A DNA stretch of 64,000 nt from Limisphaerales bacterium (GTDB lineage: Bacteria; Verrucomicrobiota; Verrucomicrobiia; Limisphaerales; JAJOIW01), in NCBI GenBank assembly GCA_965657355.1, contig CBFHOE010000002.1, positions 1-64,000 of the forward strand, written 5' to 3'. The notes below the pieces were generated by a model. It was not told the origin of the DNA. It was given only the letters and a program-made list of their open reading frames with translations, and did not search any database. Shown here one piece after another: positions 19,718 through 30,091 of this stretch (the first letter of the stretch is position 1; each line of letters opens with the position of its first letter). Position numbers and translations under genes: made by a program.

Positions 19718-21034
19718 ATGGCTGAATACTTACCTAACATTAAGAAGATCGAATTTGAAGGCCCGAAAACAAAAAACAGGCTCGCATTTCGACACTATAA
19801 TCCCGATGAAATAGTTGAAGGAAAGTCCATGAAGGACCATTTTAGGTTCTCCGTCGTTTATTGGCATACCTTCAGAAACCCATTATCGGATCCCTTTGGA
19901 GTGGGGACAGCTCAACGCCCTTGGGACGATGGTTCCGACTCCGTTGAAAATGCCCAAAATAGAGCAAGGGTAGCCTTTGAATTGATGGAAAAGCTAGGAG
20001 CTCCTTATTATGCTTTCCATGACAGGGATGTAGCGCCAGAGGGAGCCACCCTTGCTGAATCGCACAAGAACTTGGATGCCGTCGCCTCAGTTTTGAAAGA
20101 GGAACAAGATAGGACGGGCATTAAGCTACTCTGGGGGACCGCCTGCCTGTTTGCCAATCCCAGATATATGCATGGAGCTGCCACAAGCTGCAATGCTGAC
20201 GTATTTGCTTATGCAGCTGCCCAGGTTAAAAAGGCTCTTGAGGTCACCCATATGCTCGGAGGCGAAGGTTATACTTTCTGGGGAGGGCGCGAAGGTTACA
20301 TGACTCTGCTGAACACAGATCTTAAACGAGAGATGGACCATCTGGGAGCTTTCATGCACCTGGCTGTCGATTACAAAAAGAAAATTGGTTTCGACGGGCC
20401 TTTTTATATTGAACCAAAACCAAAGGAGCCCACAAAGCATCAATATGATTCGGATGCGGCTGCCTGCATCAATTTCCTTCGCCAATACGACTTAATGGAT
20501 CATTTTCAATTAAATATTGAGGCCAATCATGCCACTCTAGCGGGCCATAGCTTTCACCACGAACTAGAGACCAGTGTGGCTGCAGATATGCTAGGTTCCA
20601 TTGATGCTAATACTGGGGACACACTGCTCGGTTGGGATACGGACCAATTCCCTACGAGCATCTACGAAACCACTTACGCCATGCTATCTATCCTTAAAAT
20701 GGGTGGTTTCAAAACAGGCGGAGTCAATTTTGACGCGAAGGTAAGAAGAGAAAGCTTCGAGGTTGAAGATCTATTGCATGCCCACGTTGGTGGCATGGAC
20801 ACTTTTGCCAGAGGCCTAAAAATCGCAGCCAAAATGAGAGCTGATGGTGCTCTCGATGGATTCGTCAATGAGCGATACTCATCATGGGATTCGGGAATCG
20901 GCGCTTCCATTGAAAATGGCAATGAATCGCTTGAATCACTTGAAAAATACATGCTCCAAAAAGGTGAAGCCGAGCCAAATGCCTCAGGGAGACAGGAAAT
21001 GCTCGAAAACATTATCAACGACTACCTAGTTTAA
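19718..21034 (+). CDS. xylA: Xylose isomerase (class II)
   Basis: [65 protein letters not shown]. Confidence 0.98.
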   Translation: MAEYLPNIKKIEFEGPKTKNRLAFRHYNPDEIVEGKSMKDHFRFSVVYWHTFRNPLSDPFGVGTAQRPWDDGSDSVENAQNRARVAFELMEKLGAPYYAFHDRDVAPEGATLAESHKNLDAVASVLKEEQDRTGIKLLWGTACLFANPRYMHGAATSCNADVFAYAAAQVKKALEVTHMLGGEGYTFWGGREGYMTLLNTDLKREMDHLGAFMHLAVDYKKKIGFDGPFYIEPKPKEPTKHQYDSDAAACINFLRQYDLMDHFQLNIEANHATLAGHSFHHELETSVAADMLGSIDANTGDTLLGWDTDQFPTSIYETTYAMLSILKMGGFKTGGVNFDAKVRRESFEVEDLLHAHVGGMDTFARGLKIAAKMRADGALDGFVNERYSSWDSGIGASIENGNESLESLEKYMLQKGEAEPNASGRQEMLENIINDYLV

Positions 21035-21041
21035 AAAAACG

Positions 21042-21067
21042 AAATCCGCAATCTTGCGGATTTTTTT
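21042..21067 (+). terminator. xylA terminator
   Basis: AAATCCGCAA/TTGCGGATTT hairpin with T run. Confidence 0.8.
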
Positions 21068-21080
21068 AAAAGTTTATTTT

Positions 21081-21094
21081 TATGCCTGGCACAT
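21081..21094. repeat. Second copy (inverted) of the 14-bp motif at 130-143
   Basis: TATGCCTGGCACAT is the exact reverse complement of ATGTGCCAGGCATA. Confidence 0.5.
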
Positions 21095-21740
21095 TATTAT
21101 ATTGCAATGCTCTTTGAAGAGTTATTCTGCGCCGATATTGAAGGTATTGTTGGTTCTAAATGGCTGTGGCTCAGAAGATTGGCCCCGGTTTACTACCCCA
21201 CCCTACCCTGGTTGACCCGGTTTTGGATCGAGGTTTTTATCTTTTCGAAAGATGGTTGGTGTTTAGTGGAAAACAAACAATTTTAAGGATTTAAATCATG
21301 TGCTAGTGCCGCCATGGGGTCAAAAAATGCCATATTTATATGAGCATTCTTTAAAAACCACGAAAATTAAAAATAGGAATACTGAAGCAGATTGCACTTC
21401 ATTTCACAATGAACCGTCAATGATATGCATGAAATTGAGAAACGATAGGATAATAGATGAGCCTAACTTCTATATTTTAGCTCAATACGGATCGGGCAGT
21501 TAAATCGGGCCAAATCCAGAGGGCCCATCGAGCTAGGGGTGTCAATTGATGAGATGCTTTGAGGTATTGTTAGCATCTGGCGTTTAGAATTTGCAGACAT
21601 TATGGCAGGTATTAAATCATTTTGCCCCTAGCAAAAGCATGGGTGTTAACAAAATGTTTATGATTATGAAAAAATACTTATTCATTCGGTGAGGTTGGAA
21701 CTTGCAGCGAGACGTAATAGTAGGGATAGTATGAATATCC

Positions 21741-23483
21741 ATGGAAAAACGAGATAGACTGAAACTTTTTAGCCTACTGACTGGCGCCATGTTTGCTGGG
21801 AGTGGTTGGTTATCCGCTGAAGTAGACTTTGTCAAACAGGTCAAACCTATATTGGAATCAGCGTGTTTGCATTGCCATTGGGAAAAGGAGGATGAAGGCG
21901 GTTTCCGATTAGACACCAAGGAGCGGGCAATGAAAGGTGGTGACGGTGGAGATGCTATCGTACCAGGAGACCCAGAAGAATCTTGGCTGTATACATCAAC
22001 CATCCTGGATTCTGACGATGATGATATTATGCCACCATCCGAAGAGAAGCCTTTGGACAAATCGCAAACAGAGGTATTGAGGCAATGGATTGAGGAAGGC
22101 GCAAAATGGCCTGATGGGGTCGAACTAGAGATCACTCCTAGGATAGATTTCGTTAAGCATGTTCAGCCAATTTTCGAACAAAACTGCGTTGGCTGTCACA
22201 GGGAGGGTAATGCCGAAGGTGATTTTAGAATGGATACAATGGAGCAAATGCTCACATCGGGAGAATATGCTCCCAATTTGATTCCGTTCGACCCTGATGA
22301 AAGTGGCGTATGGTTTCTCACAGTATTGGACGCTGACGATGACGAATTGATGCCTCCAACTAAAAAAGGAGGCCCATTATCCAAGGACAAAACAGATATT
22401 ATCAAAAACTGGATTGCCCAGGGAGCTGTTTGGCCACAAGGCTTGACCCTTACGCCTCGCAAGGCACCCGAACCTGAAAGTGACGCCGAGGCAGATGCTG
22501 CGAAAGTCGGTGCTCTCTATACTCGAATACTTTCCGGCACTGGTGATAGTAAAGGCATACAGATGACAAAATACCGCCAAAACTTACCAGGAACTGCAGT
22601 AACCTGGGAAATGGTGCCCATACCGTCTGGAAAATATTTGATGGGATCACCGGAATCGGAAGAGGACCGCAAAGATTCCGAAGGGCCTCAAATAAAAGTC
22701 GAAATTGAACCATTTTGGATGATGAGCACGGAGGTCACCTGGGATCTTTATGACATATTCACTTATCAGGACCAAGAGAAAGCCCTAAGAAGCATATTTA
22801 AATTAGACAGCGAACTCAACGAACTGACGGACGTTTTGGCACGTCCGACTACACCTTACGTTGAAATGAGTTTCGGCATGGGAAAAGATGGGTTTCCTGC
22901 GATTTCGATGACCCAACATGCGGCTCTGCAATTCTGTCAATTCTTGTCAGCTAAAACTGGACATTTTTATAGACTGCCCACGGAGGCGGAATGGGAATAC
23001 GCCTGCAGAGCGGGTAGCAAAACTAAATACCACTTCGGGGATGATATTTCCTTATTGGGGGACTACGCCTGGTATGAAGAGAACAGCGATTGGAAATATC
23101 AAAAAGTCGGTAAGAAGAAGCCAAACCCATGGGGCTTACACGATATGCATGGCAATGTTGCAGAGTGGTGCATCGATCAATTTGATCCAAACTTTTATGC
23201 CACTTTCAAAAATAAACCAGCAATAGTTCCAGTTAATATTCCAACAAAGCTCTATCCTAGGTCAGTTAGAGGAGGATCTTGGGATCACCCTGCCAAAGAC
23301 CTTAGAAGCGCGGCACGGATGTCGAGCACTTCAGACTGGAAAATCCAAGACCCCCAATTGCCAAAAAGTATTTGGTATCATACGGACGCCCAATTCCTCG
23401 GATTTAGAGTCATCAGGCCCCTGCAAGTCCCCTCACCCGAAGAAATGCAGAAGTGGTGGTCGCTTGGCCGTGTTTATCCTTAA
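21741..23483 (+). CDS. Exported protein with two planctomycete-type cytochrome c domains fused to an FGE-sulfatase/SUMF1-fold domain
   Basis: Signal peptide; VDFVKQVKPILESACLHCH...MPP...WIEEGA and IDFVKHVQPIFEQNCVGCH...MPP...WIAQGA; then MGSP, YRLPTEAEWEYACRAG, PNPWGLHDMHGNVAEW, RGGSW, LGFRV. Confidence 0.9.
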   Translation: MEKRDRLKLFSLLTGAMFAGSGWLSAEVDFVKQVKPILESACLHCHWEKEDEGGFRLDTKERAMKGGDGGDAIVPGDPEESWLYTSTILDSDDDDIMPPSEEKPLDKSQTEVLRQWIEEGAKWPDGVELEITPRIDFVKHVQPIFEQNCVGCHREGNAEGDFRMDTMEQMLTSGEYAPNLIPFDPDESGVWFLTVLDADDDELMPPTKKGGPLSKDKTDIIKNWIAQGAVWPQGLTLTPRKAPEPESDAEADAAKVGALYTRILSGTGDSKGIQMTKYRQNLPGTAVTWEMVPIPSGKYLMGSPESEEDRKDSEGPQIKVEIEPFWMMSTEVTWDLYDIFTYQDQEKALRSIFKLDSELNELTDVLARPTTPYVEMSFGMGKDGFPAISMTQHAALQFCQFLSAKTGHFYRLPTEAEWEYACRAGSKTKYHFGDDISLLGDYAWYEENSDWKYQKVGKKKPNPWGLHDMHGNVAEWCIDQFDPNFYATFKNKPAIVPVNIPTKLYPRSVRGGSWDHPAKDLRSAARMSSTSDWKIQDPQLPKSIWYHTDAQFLGFRVIRPLQVPSPEEMQKWWSLGRVYP

Positions 23484-23517
23484 AGTTTTTAACTCAACGA
23501 AACAGATAGATAAAAAT

Positions 23518-24849
23518 ATGAAAAATTCGCAATCCTCAAATAAGGAATCAGCGCTTAACCGCCGCGGGTTTGTAAAAGCCTCTACAGCCGCTGTTGCAGG
23601 CGGAGCATTGGCTGCGACACTCCCTACCGGAAAAGGAGTTTTTGCTGCAAGTGATGATAAATTGAAAATCGCTCTCATCGGCTGTGGTGGTCGAGGGACC
23701 GGTGCTGCTAACCAGGCATTAACAACAAATGATCAAGGCCCAGTCGAATTAGTGGCGATGGCAGATGCTTTCGGAGACCGCCTAGATAGTTCGTTAAATA
23801 ACCTCAAGGGCAGACACGGTGACAGAGTTAAAGTGACAGAAGACACAAAATTTGTAGGATTTGAGGCCTACAAGAAAGCAATATCTCTTGCTGATGTCGT
23901 CATTCTAACAACCCCTCCAGGTTTCCGTCCTACGCACTTTGAAGAAGCGGTCCGTCAAGGCAAGCACGTCTTTATGGAGAAGCCAGTAGCTGTCGACGGA
24001 CCTGGCGTTCGAAAACTTCTAGCTGCCGCACAGGAAGCCAAAAAGAAAAACCTAAAGGTTGGCGTCGGTCTTCAAAGACACCATCAGAAGGGTTACATTG
24101 AAACAATCAAGCGAATCCATGATGGAGCAATAGGGGATGTCACTTCCATGCGCTGTTATTGGAATGGCGCAGGAGTTTGGACTAGAAAACGTCAAGCAGG
24201 TCAAACTGAGATGGAATATCAAATGCGCAACTGGTATTATTTTGTTTGGCTTTGCGGGGATCACATAGATGAACAACACATCCATAATATCGATGTTTGC
24301 AACTGGGTAAAGGACGCGCACCCAGTGAGCGCTCAAGGTATGGGCGGTAGACAAGTTAGGACTTCTAAAGAGCATGGAGAAATCTATGACCATCACTTTG
24401 TAGAATTCGAATACTCAGATGGAACAAGACTCTACAGCCAATGTCGCCATATCCCGGGATGCTGGAATAGTGTTTCAGAATACGCCACAGGCACAAAAGG
24501 CTCCTCAGATATCAACCGTTACATTATCCGTGGAGAAAATCAGTTTAGGCATAATGGTCGAGGTGATAAGAACCCATACCAGCAAGAGCATGACGACTTG
24601 TTCAATGCGATCCGAAACAACATTGCATTCAATGAAGCTGAATATGGAGCAACGAGTAGTATGAGTTCCGTCTTGGGTAGAATGTGCACATACACTGGCA
24701 AGAAAATCACTTGGGACAATGCCATTAATTCTCAGGTTGACACAATGCCTAAGGCTTTGGATTGGAACGCCGAGCCACCAACTACGCCTAATGAAGATGG
24801 CTTTTATGACATTGCAATGCCAGGCGTTCAGGCTAATAAATTCGTCTAA
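23518..24849 (+). CDS. Tat-exported Gfo/Idh/MocA-family NAD(P)-dependent oxidoreductase
   Basis: Tat signal LNRRGFVK, Rossmann GCGGRGTGAA, TTPPGFRP.H, MEKPVAVD, EQHIHNIDV. Start placed at ATG 23518. Confidence 0.93.
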   Translation: MKNSQSSNKESALNRRGFVKASTAAVAGGALAATLPTGKGVFAASDDKLKIALIGCGGRGTGAANQALTTNDQGPVELVAMADAFGDRLDSSLNNLKGRHGDRVKVTEDTKFVGFEAYKKAISLADVVILTTPPGFRPTHFEEAVRQGKHVFMEKPVAVDGPGVRKLLAAAQEAKKKNLKVGVGLQRHHQKGYIETIKRIHDGAIGDVTSMRCYWNGAGVWTRKRQAGQTEMEYQMRNWYYFVWLCGDHIDEQHIHNIDVCNWVKDAHPVSAQGMGGRQVRTSKEHGEIYDHHFVEFEYSDGTRLYSQCRHIPGCWNSVSEYATGTKGSSDINRYIIRGENQFRHNGRGDKNPYQQEHDDLFNAIRNNIAFNEAEYGATSSMSSVLGRMCTYTGKKITWDNAINSQVDTMPKALDWNAEPPTTPNEDGFYDIAMPGVQANKFV

Positions 24850-24876
24850 TTTAAGCATTAAAAAACAAAACGAAAC

Positions 24877-24908
24877 AAAGGGCTGGAAAGTAATTCCGGC
24901 CCTTTTTT
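24877..24908 (+). terminator. Terminator (likely bidirectional) after the Gfo/Idh/MocA gene
   Basis: AAAGGGCTGGAA/TTCCGGCCCTTT stem with T run; A-rich on the left side. Confidence 0.8.
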
Positions 24909-24965
24909 GTATTTAAGCAGATAGATTTATCTGTCGACTAAAACGTATTCTTAATTAGTGATGAC

Positions 24966-26801
24966 TTACCTTTTTGCTTGAACTGACTCAGCGTATTGTA
25001 ACTGTCCGGTTCGCCCATCATAGTATTGGAAAATGACTTGCGGATGTGGGTAAGTCACCCACCGACTCCCACCTAGTTTTGCTGGCATGTTAAAAACATT
25101 ATTAACTTGAACAATACAAAAATAGGGGTAGAGACGCTCAAGCCTCGGTAAGTCTGGTAAAATATAAGAACTCCAGCGTATATCACACTGCCTGGGTCCA
25201 CTTTGATAAATACCATTTATTGGTCGATCTCCCTCATCTAAAGCTGGCACATGGTTTACACTATTGTGCGGACCATTACAAAATTCCCAAATTTTATCAG
25301 TGATCTTAATTGCAAAGCTATTGTGTAAATCCCCAGTCATTACAAAAACAGGTTTATCGATCTCAGTCCATACTTCAATGAGTTGCTCTCTTTCGTGGTA
25401 AAACCCAGTCCATGCTTCTTCTTTATTTGCAAAGTCGGCCTCGAAGCCTCCAGCGCCACTGTGTGGAATCATAAAGGGAACAGATGAAATGAGAAAAAAG
25501 AAATCTGCATCACTTTTCTTCATTGAATCGTTTAACCAACGCCGCTGTATATCCCCTAACATAGAAATACCTTCTTTGCCTCTATCACGAATATCGTGCA
25601 TGTCTCTTGATGAACGGGTATCCAATAAATAAAACTCACAATTGGAGACTCTAAATTTTCCGAAATTGGTCCGCCCAATAGAATAAGTCATTTTTCCTGA
25701 AACCTTGGCTGGGGCGTGCAGTCGAAGTGTATGCTCGTCTACAACCTGGATAATATCATAAACCATCGAATTTGGGTGCCCCTGGTCGTCGTCATACTTC
25801 ATATCATTAACTCCAGCCTCAGGAGTTCCCCAATGGACATGGAGGTTCAACATTTCGTTGAGTGATAATTTCTTAAAATCTGCTTGTTGATCAACAAGTA
25901 GATCACTCCCCCGCTCCATTTTTCCCAAGCCAAAATGAATTTCGTGATTGAAGTGCACGGGGTTAGCCCACGCTAAATAATTATACCAAGCGTATGTTCC
26001 AATATCACGAAAGACAGTTCTTCGATGCCTCTTGCCAGCGGTTCCCGCACCCCAAATATCATTGACCAGTTCATGGTCATCAAAAGTAAAAAGGGAGGGA
26101 ACATTTCTATGCCACTCTGATAATTCAATACCGCGACTTAAGTATAATTTATAGTTTTCCCAAACACCTACGATAGAGGGCATAAGTTTTACATTTTGAG
26201 GTATCTCAAATTTTTCTAAGCCATTGGTCATTCTCCATGCACCGACTGGATATTGACGTAATTCCTCATAAAGCCAATCGCCATTCATGATGTGAAAATT
26301 GACTTTCTTCGCCCAGTCACGATTGAGTGTTTCATAAGTCAGAAGTTGGTGCCCAATTCCGTGGAGAGGATTTTGGTTTGCGCAGGAACCTATTTCAAAG
26401 CGGAAGTTAAATAATCCGTTGGGATTATATTTTTCGTTTTTGGTTTGCGCTGGATCGGGAAAAGTTCTGAATTGGCCTGGTTGCCCATGCGGTCGGCCAT
26501 TGACGACAATTCGGTAGTGATAAGTTGTATCTGCTTCGAGATTTTTTAAATCAACAAAGCCAGTGTTATCATTTTCCAAAAGAGTATAGGCTTTTGTGCT
26601 ATTTAAGATTATTTGATCGGGTGATTTTCCATATGCGACATGGAAATACCCAGGTTGAGATGTCCGCCCCCAGATACGCATGCTATCACTGCCAGGCATG
26701 CCCAACATAGGACCATGAGTTAGATAAATTGGGTCTGACGCGTAAGCAATGAATGTAAAAAAAAGGCAAAGCATCAAAACAGGGCATCGCAAATGGTTCA
26801 T
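24966..26801 (-). CDS. PhoD-like alkaline phosphatase/phosphodiesterase family protein
   Basis: N-terminal FN3/PAP-like domain (LEADTTYHYR), GSC, NGDWLYE, FDDHELVND, LLDTRSSR, TGDLHN. Confidence 0.85.
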   Translation of the reverse strand: MNHLRCPVLMLCLFFTFIAYASDPIYLTHGPMLGMPGSDSMRIWGRTSQPGYFHVAYGKSPDQIILNSTKAYTLLENDNTGFVDLKNLEADTTYHYRIVVNGRPHGQPGQFRTFPDPAQTKNEKYNPNGLFNFRFEIGSCANQNPLHGIGHQLLTYETLNRDWAKKVNFHIMNGDWLYEELRQYPVGAWRMTNGLEKFEIPQNVKLMPSIVGVWENYKLYLSRGIELSEWHRNVPSLFTFDDHELVNDIWGAGTAGKRHRRTVFRDIGTYAWYNYLAWANPVHFNHEIHFGLGKMERGSDLLVDQQADFKKLSLNEMLNLHVHWGTPEAGVNDMKYDDDQGHPNSMVYDIIQVVDEHTLRLHAPAKVSGKMTYSIGRTNFGKFRVSNCEFYLLDTRSSRDMHDIRDRGKEGISMLGDIQRRWLNDSMKKSDADFFFLISSVPFMIPHSGAGGFEADFANKEEAWTGFYHEREQLIEVWTEIDKPVFVMTGDLHNSFAIKITDKIWEFCNGPHNSVNHVPALDEGDRPINGIYQSGPRQCDIRWSSYILPDLPRLERLYPYFCIVQVNNVFNMPAKLGGSRWVTYPHPQVIFQYYDGRTGQLQYAESVQAKR

Positions 26802-26946
26802 GAAGATTAATTATCACCCAGGGAAGAAATCGTCACCCCAAATATGAAATTCAAAAAAATATGTGAAGTAAAAATGGTTTAGATATTATTAATTGGCAGC
26901 TCTATGAATTAAAGCGCTGTCTAAAATCTTTAATGAAGAGAACACC

Positions 26947-28077
26947 ATGAAACTGGAAATAATTAGTAAAGTTCTTATAGCGCTCATCCTCCTACCACTT
27001 CTTTTTTCAACCTTATTGTCCGTTGAAAAGCCAGATCAGTTACCAAAGCTTGGCAAGCCATTATCTGAGTCACAAATAAATGCATTTGCCCGAATGGCAC
27101 TTACAAATATAAATAGAGAATTTCCAAACAAGCCATCGAATGTGATGCAAACAGAAAAGGATGCTCGATTACCATCAGAAATGCATCCAGTTTTTTATGG
27201 GTGTTTTGACTGGCACAGTGCAGTTCATGGACATTGGATGCTTCTGAGACTCCTTAAATTATACCCTGAATTAGAGATCAGTCATGAGATAAGAAAAAAA
27301 CTAAACACTCAATTTACAAGTGAAAAACTTAATCAAGAAGCCTTGTATTTTCAGCTAAAACATAACAAGTCATTCGAGAGAATGTATGGATGGGCCTGGT
27401 ATTTGAGATTGGTGACAGAACTCATTGCCTGGGAGGACAGGGATGGGGAGGTCTGGAGGGAGAACCTTAAACACCTTGAAAAGATTATTGTGAATAGAAT
27501 TAAAGAATATTTACCGAAATTAAATTATCCTATTCGATTAGGTATACACCCTGATACAGCCTGGGGGTTAGGACAAACACTGGATTATGCACGCGTCGCG
27601 AAAGATATTGATTTGGAGCAATTGGTCATAAAACGTGCAGAAAGTTATTATAAAGATGATGTTAATTATCCTTTTTCGTATGAGCCATCGGGTGAAGATT
27701 TTTTCTCTGGCGGCCTGAACGAGGCTGACGTTATGAGAAGAATCTTGCCAAAAGAAGAATTTGTTAAATGGTTCGATAAATTTTGCCCATCCATAAATTC
27801 CCCTTCGAAATTTAAAAAAATCATAAGCCCCATTCCCGTGTCAGATCCGACGGATGGAAAACTTGTTCATTTGGCAGGCTTGGATTTATCCAGAGCATGG
27901 ACATTGCAATCCATAGCAAGCGTTTACAATACAAATGATCCACGCAAAGCCACGTTAATAGAAGCGGCAGAAGCCCATGCTGAGGTTGGATATGAATATG
28001 TGTTTAGTGGCTTTTATGAGGGAGATCATTGGTTGGCTACTTTTGCAATTTTTTTACATACCCGGGCTGGGATTTAA
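26947..28077 (+). CDS. DUF2891 family exported protein
   Basis: HPVFYGCFDWHSAVHGHW, SFERMYGWAW, YEPSGEDF, DGKLVHLAGLDLSRAW, YEGDHWLATFA. Confidence 0.9.
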   Translation: MKLEIISKVLIALILLPLLFSTLLSVEKPDQLPKLGKPLSESQINAFARMALTNINREFPNKPSNVMQTEKDARLPSEMHPVFYGCFDWHSAVHGHWMLLRLLKLYPELEISHEIRKKLNTQFTSEKLNQEALYFQLKHNKSFERMYGWAWYLRLVTELIAWEDRDGEVWRENLKHLEKIIVNRIKEYLPKLNYPIRLGIHPDTAWGLGQTLDYARVAKDIDLEQLVIKRAESYYKDDVNYPFSYEPSGEDFFSGGLNEADVMRRILPKEEFVKWFDKFCPSINSPSKFKKIISPIPVSDPTDGKLVHLAGLDLSRAWTLQSIASVYNTNDPRKATLIEAAEAHAEVGYEYVFSGFYEGDHWLATFAIFLHTRAGI

Positions 28078-28103
28078 CAAGGTGGCAGATCCAAAATGGC
28101 TAC

Positions 28104-29261
<1,158 letters not shown>

Positions 29262-29412
29262 TTACTGATAAAGGAATCATTTCATTGAGCTCAAGGTCAA
29301 GGAGGATAGTGCGGGAAAATGGGGATAATTTTGAGCTCATAAACAAATTTATGGATATTTTTTTATTATTTTGACAGATTATAGACAGTCCAAGAAAAAG
29401 TAACTGTCTGTT

Positions 29413-29904
29413 ATGCTTAAATCTCACGAAGTTCTTAGAGAAGTTTTTGAAGATACTAGCCCCAAAAAAGTAGCTGACCACGCCGGTCTCTCTGTATCTA
29501 TGATTTATAAGTGGTCAGAGGAACCAGGCGAGACGGGAAGCGGTGCGGTAAACCCACTGGACAGAGTGATTTCCTTGATAGAATCCACAAAAGATGACCG
29601 CATCATTAAATGGTTGAGCTGCAAAAGTGATGGATTCTTTATGAAGAACCCTGAATCTTCGGATAAAGAGGAAAAAGAATTAATGCAGGAAGCCAATCAG
29701 ATTCTTCAGGAATTTGCTCAGCTTCTGCACTTAATCGCGCGCGCAGCAGCGGACTGCCAAATTTCAGGAAAAGAAGCCGCTGAAATTAGAAGAAACTGGC
29801 AGGATCTCAAGTCAACGACTGAAGGTTTTGTCAACCATTGTGAAATGGGTGAATTTAACGAAATCAAAGACCAGATGCGCCGATCTTCCAAGAAATTTTC
29901 CTAA
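29413..29904 (+). CDS. Phage regulatory protein CII-like HTH protein (orphan)
   Basis: HTH 'PKKVADHAGLSVSMIYKWSE', NPLDRV, and helical C-terminus 'AAADCQISGKEAAEIR' as in phage 186 CII/CP76-like proteins. Confidence 0.7.
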   Translation: MLKSHEVLREVFEDTSPKKVADHAGLSVSMIYKWSEEPGETGSGAVNPLDRVISLIESTKDDRIIKWLSCKSDGFFMKNPESSDKEEKELMQEANQILQEFAQLLHLIARAAADCQISGKEAAEIRRNWQDLKSTTEGFVNHCEMGEFNEIKDQMRRSSKKFS

Positions 29905-30091
29905 ACGAGTTATATTTAATCGCGATGTTGCTAATGATTTTGTTTTCTAAATCGCTCAGTTCTGTATGATATTAGTGCGAAACTCGATTGATTTGGTGAG
30001 TTTTTTTCAGAGTGATCAAATTCTGAAAGGAAATAGAATTTGAAAGTAATCCGGTAGCGTCGATAATAGAAAAAGTCAAAAAACAATAACA

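Noticed and set aside
21087..21106. Sigma54 promoter (TGGCAC...TTGC)
   Set aside because: GG-to-GC spacing is 14 nt, not the required 10. The similar motif at 40138-40155 has 12.
21300..21503. 67-aa ORF in the xylA intergenic region
   Set aside because: No recognisable motif and atypical composition; probably spurious.
21532..21560. TPP riboswitch-like start (TAGGGGTGTC...TGAGA)
   Set aside because: The downstream ACCC and GAACCTGA..TAAT..GCG.AGG elements are missing, and no thiamine gene follows.
23200..23483. FGE/CLec-fold C-terminus as a diversity-generating retroelement target
   Set aside because: No reverse transcriptase, and I found no near-duplicate template repeat in the window.
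29413..29904. Prophage
   Set aside because: No integrase, structural, lysis or replication genes; flanks are housekeeping genes.
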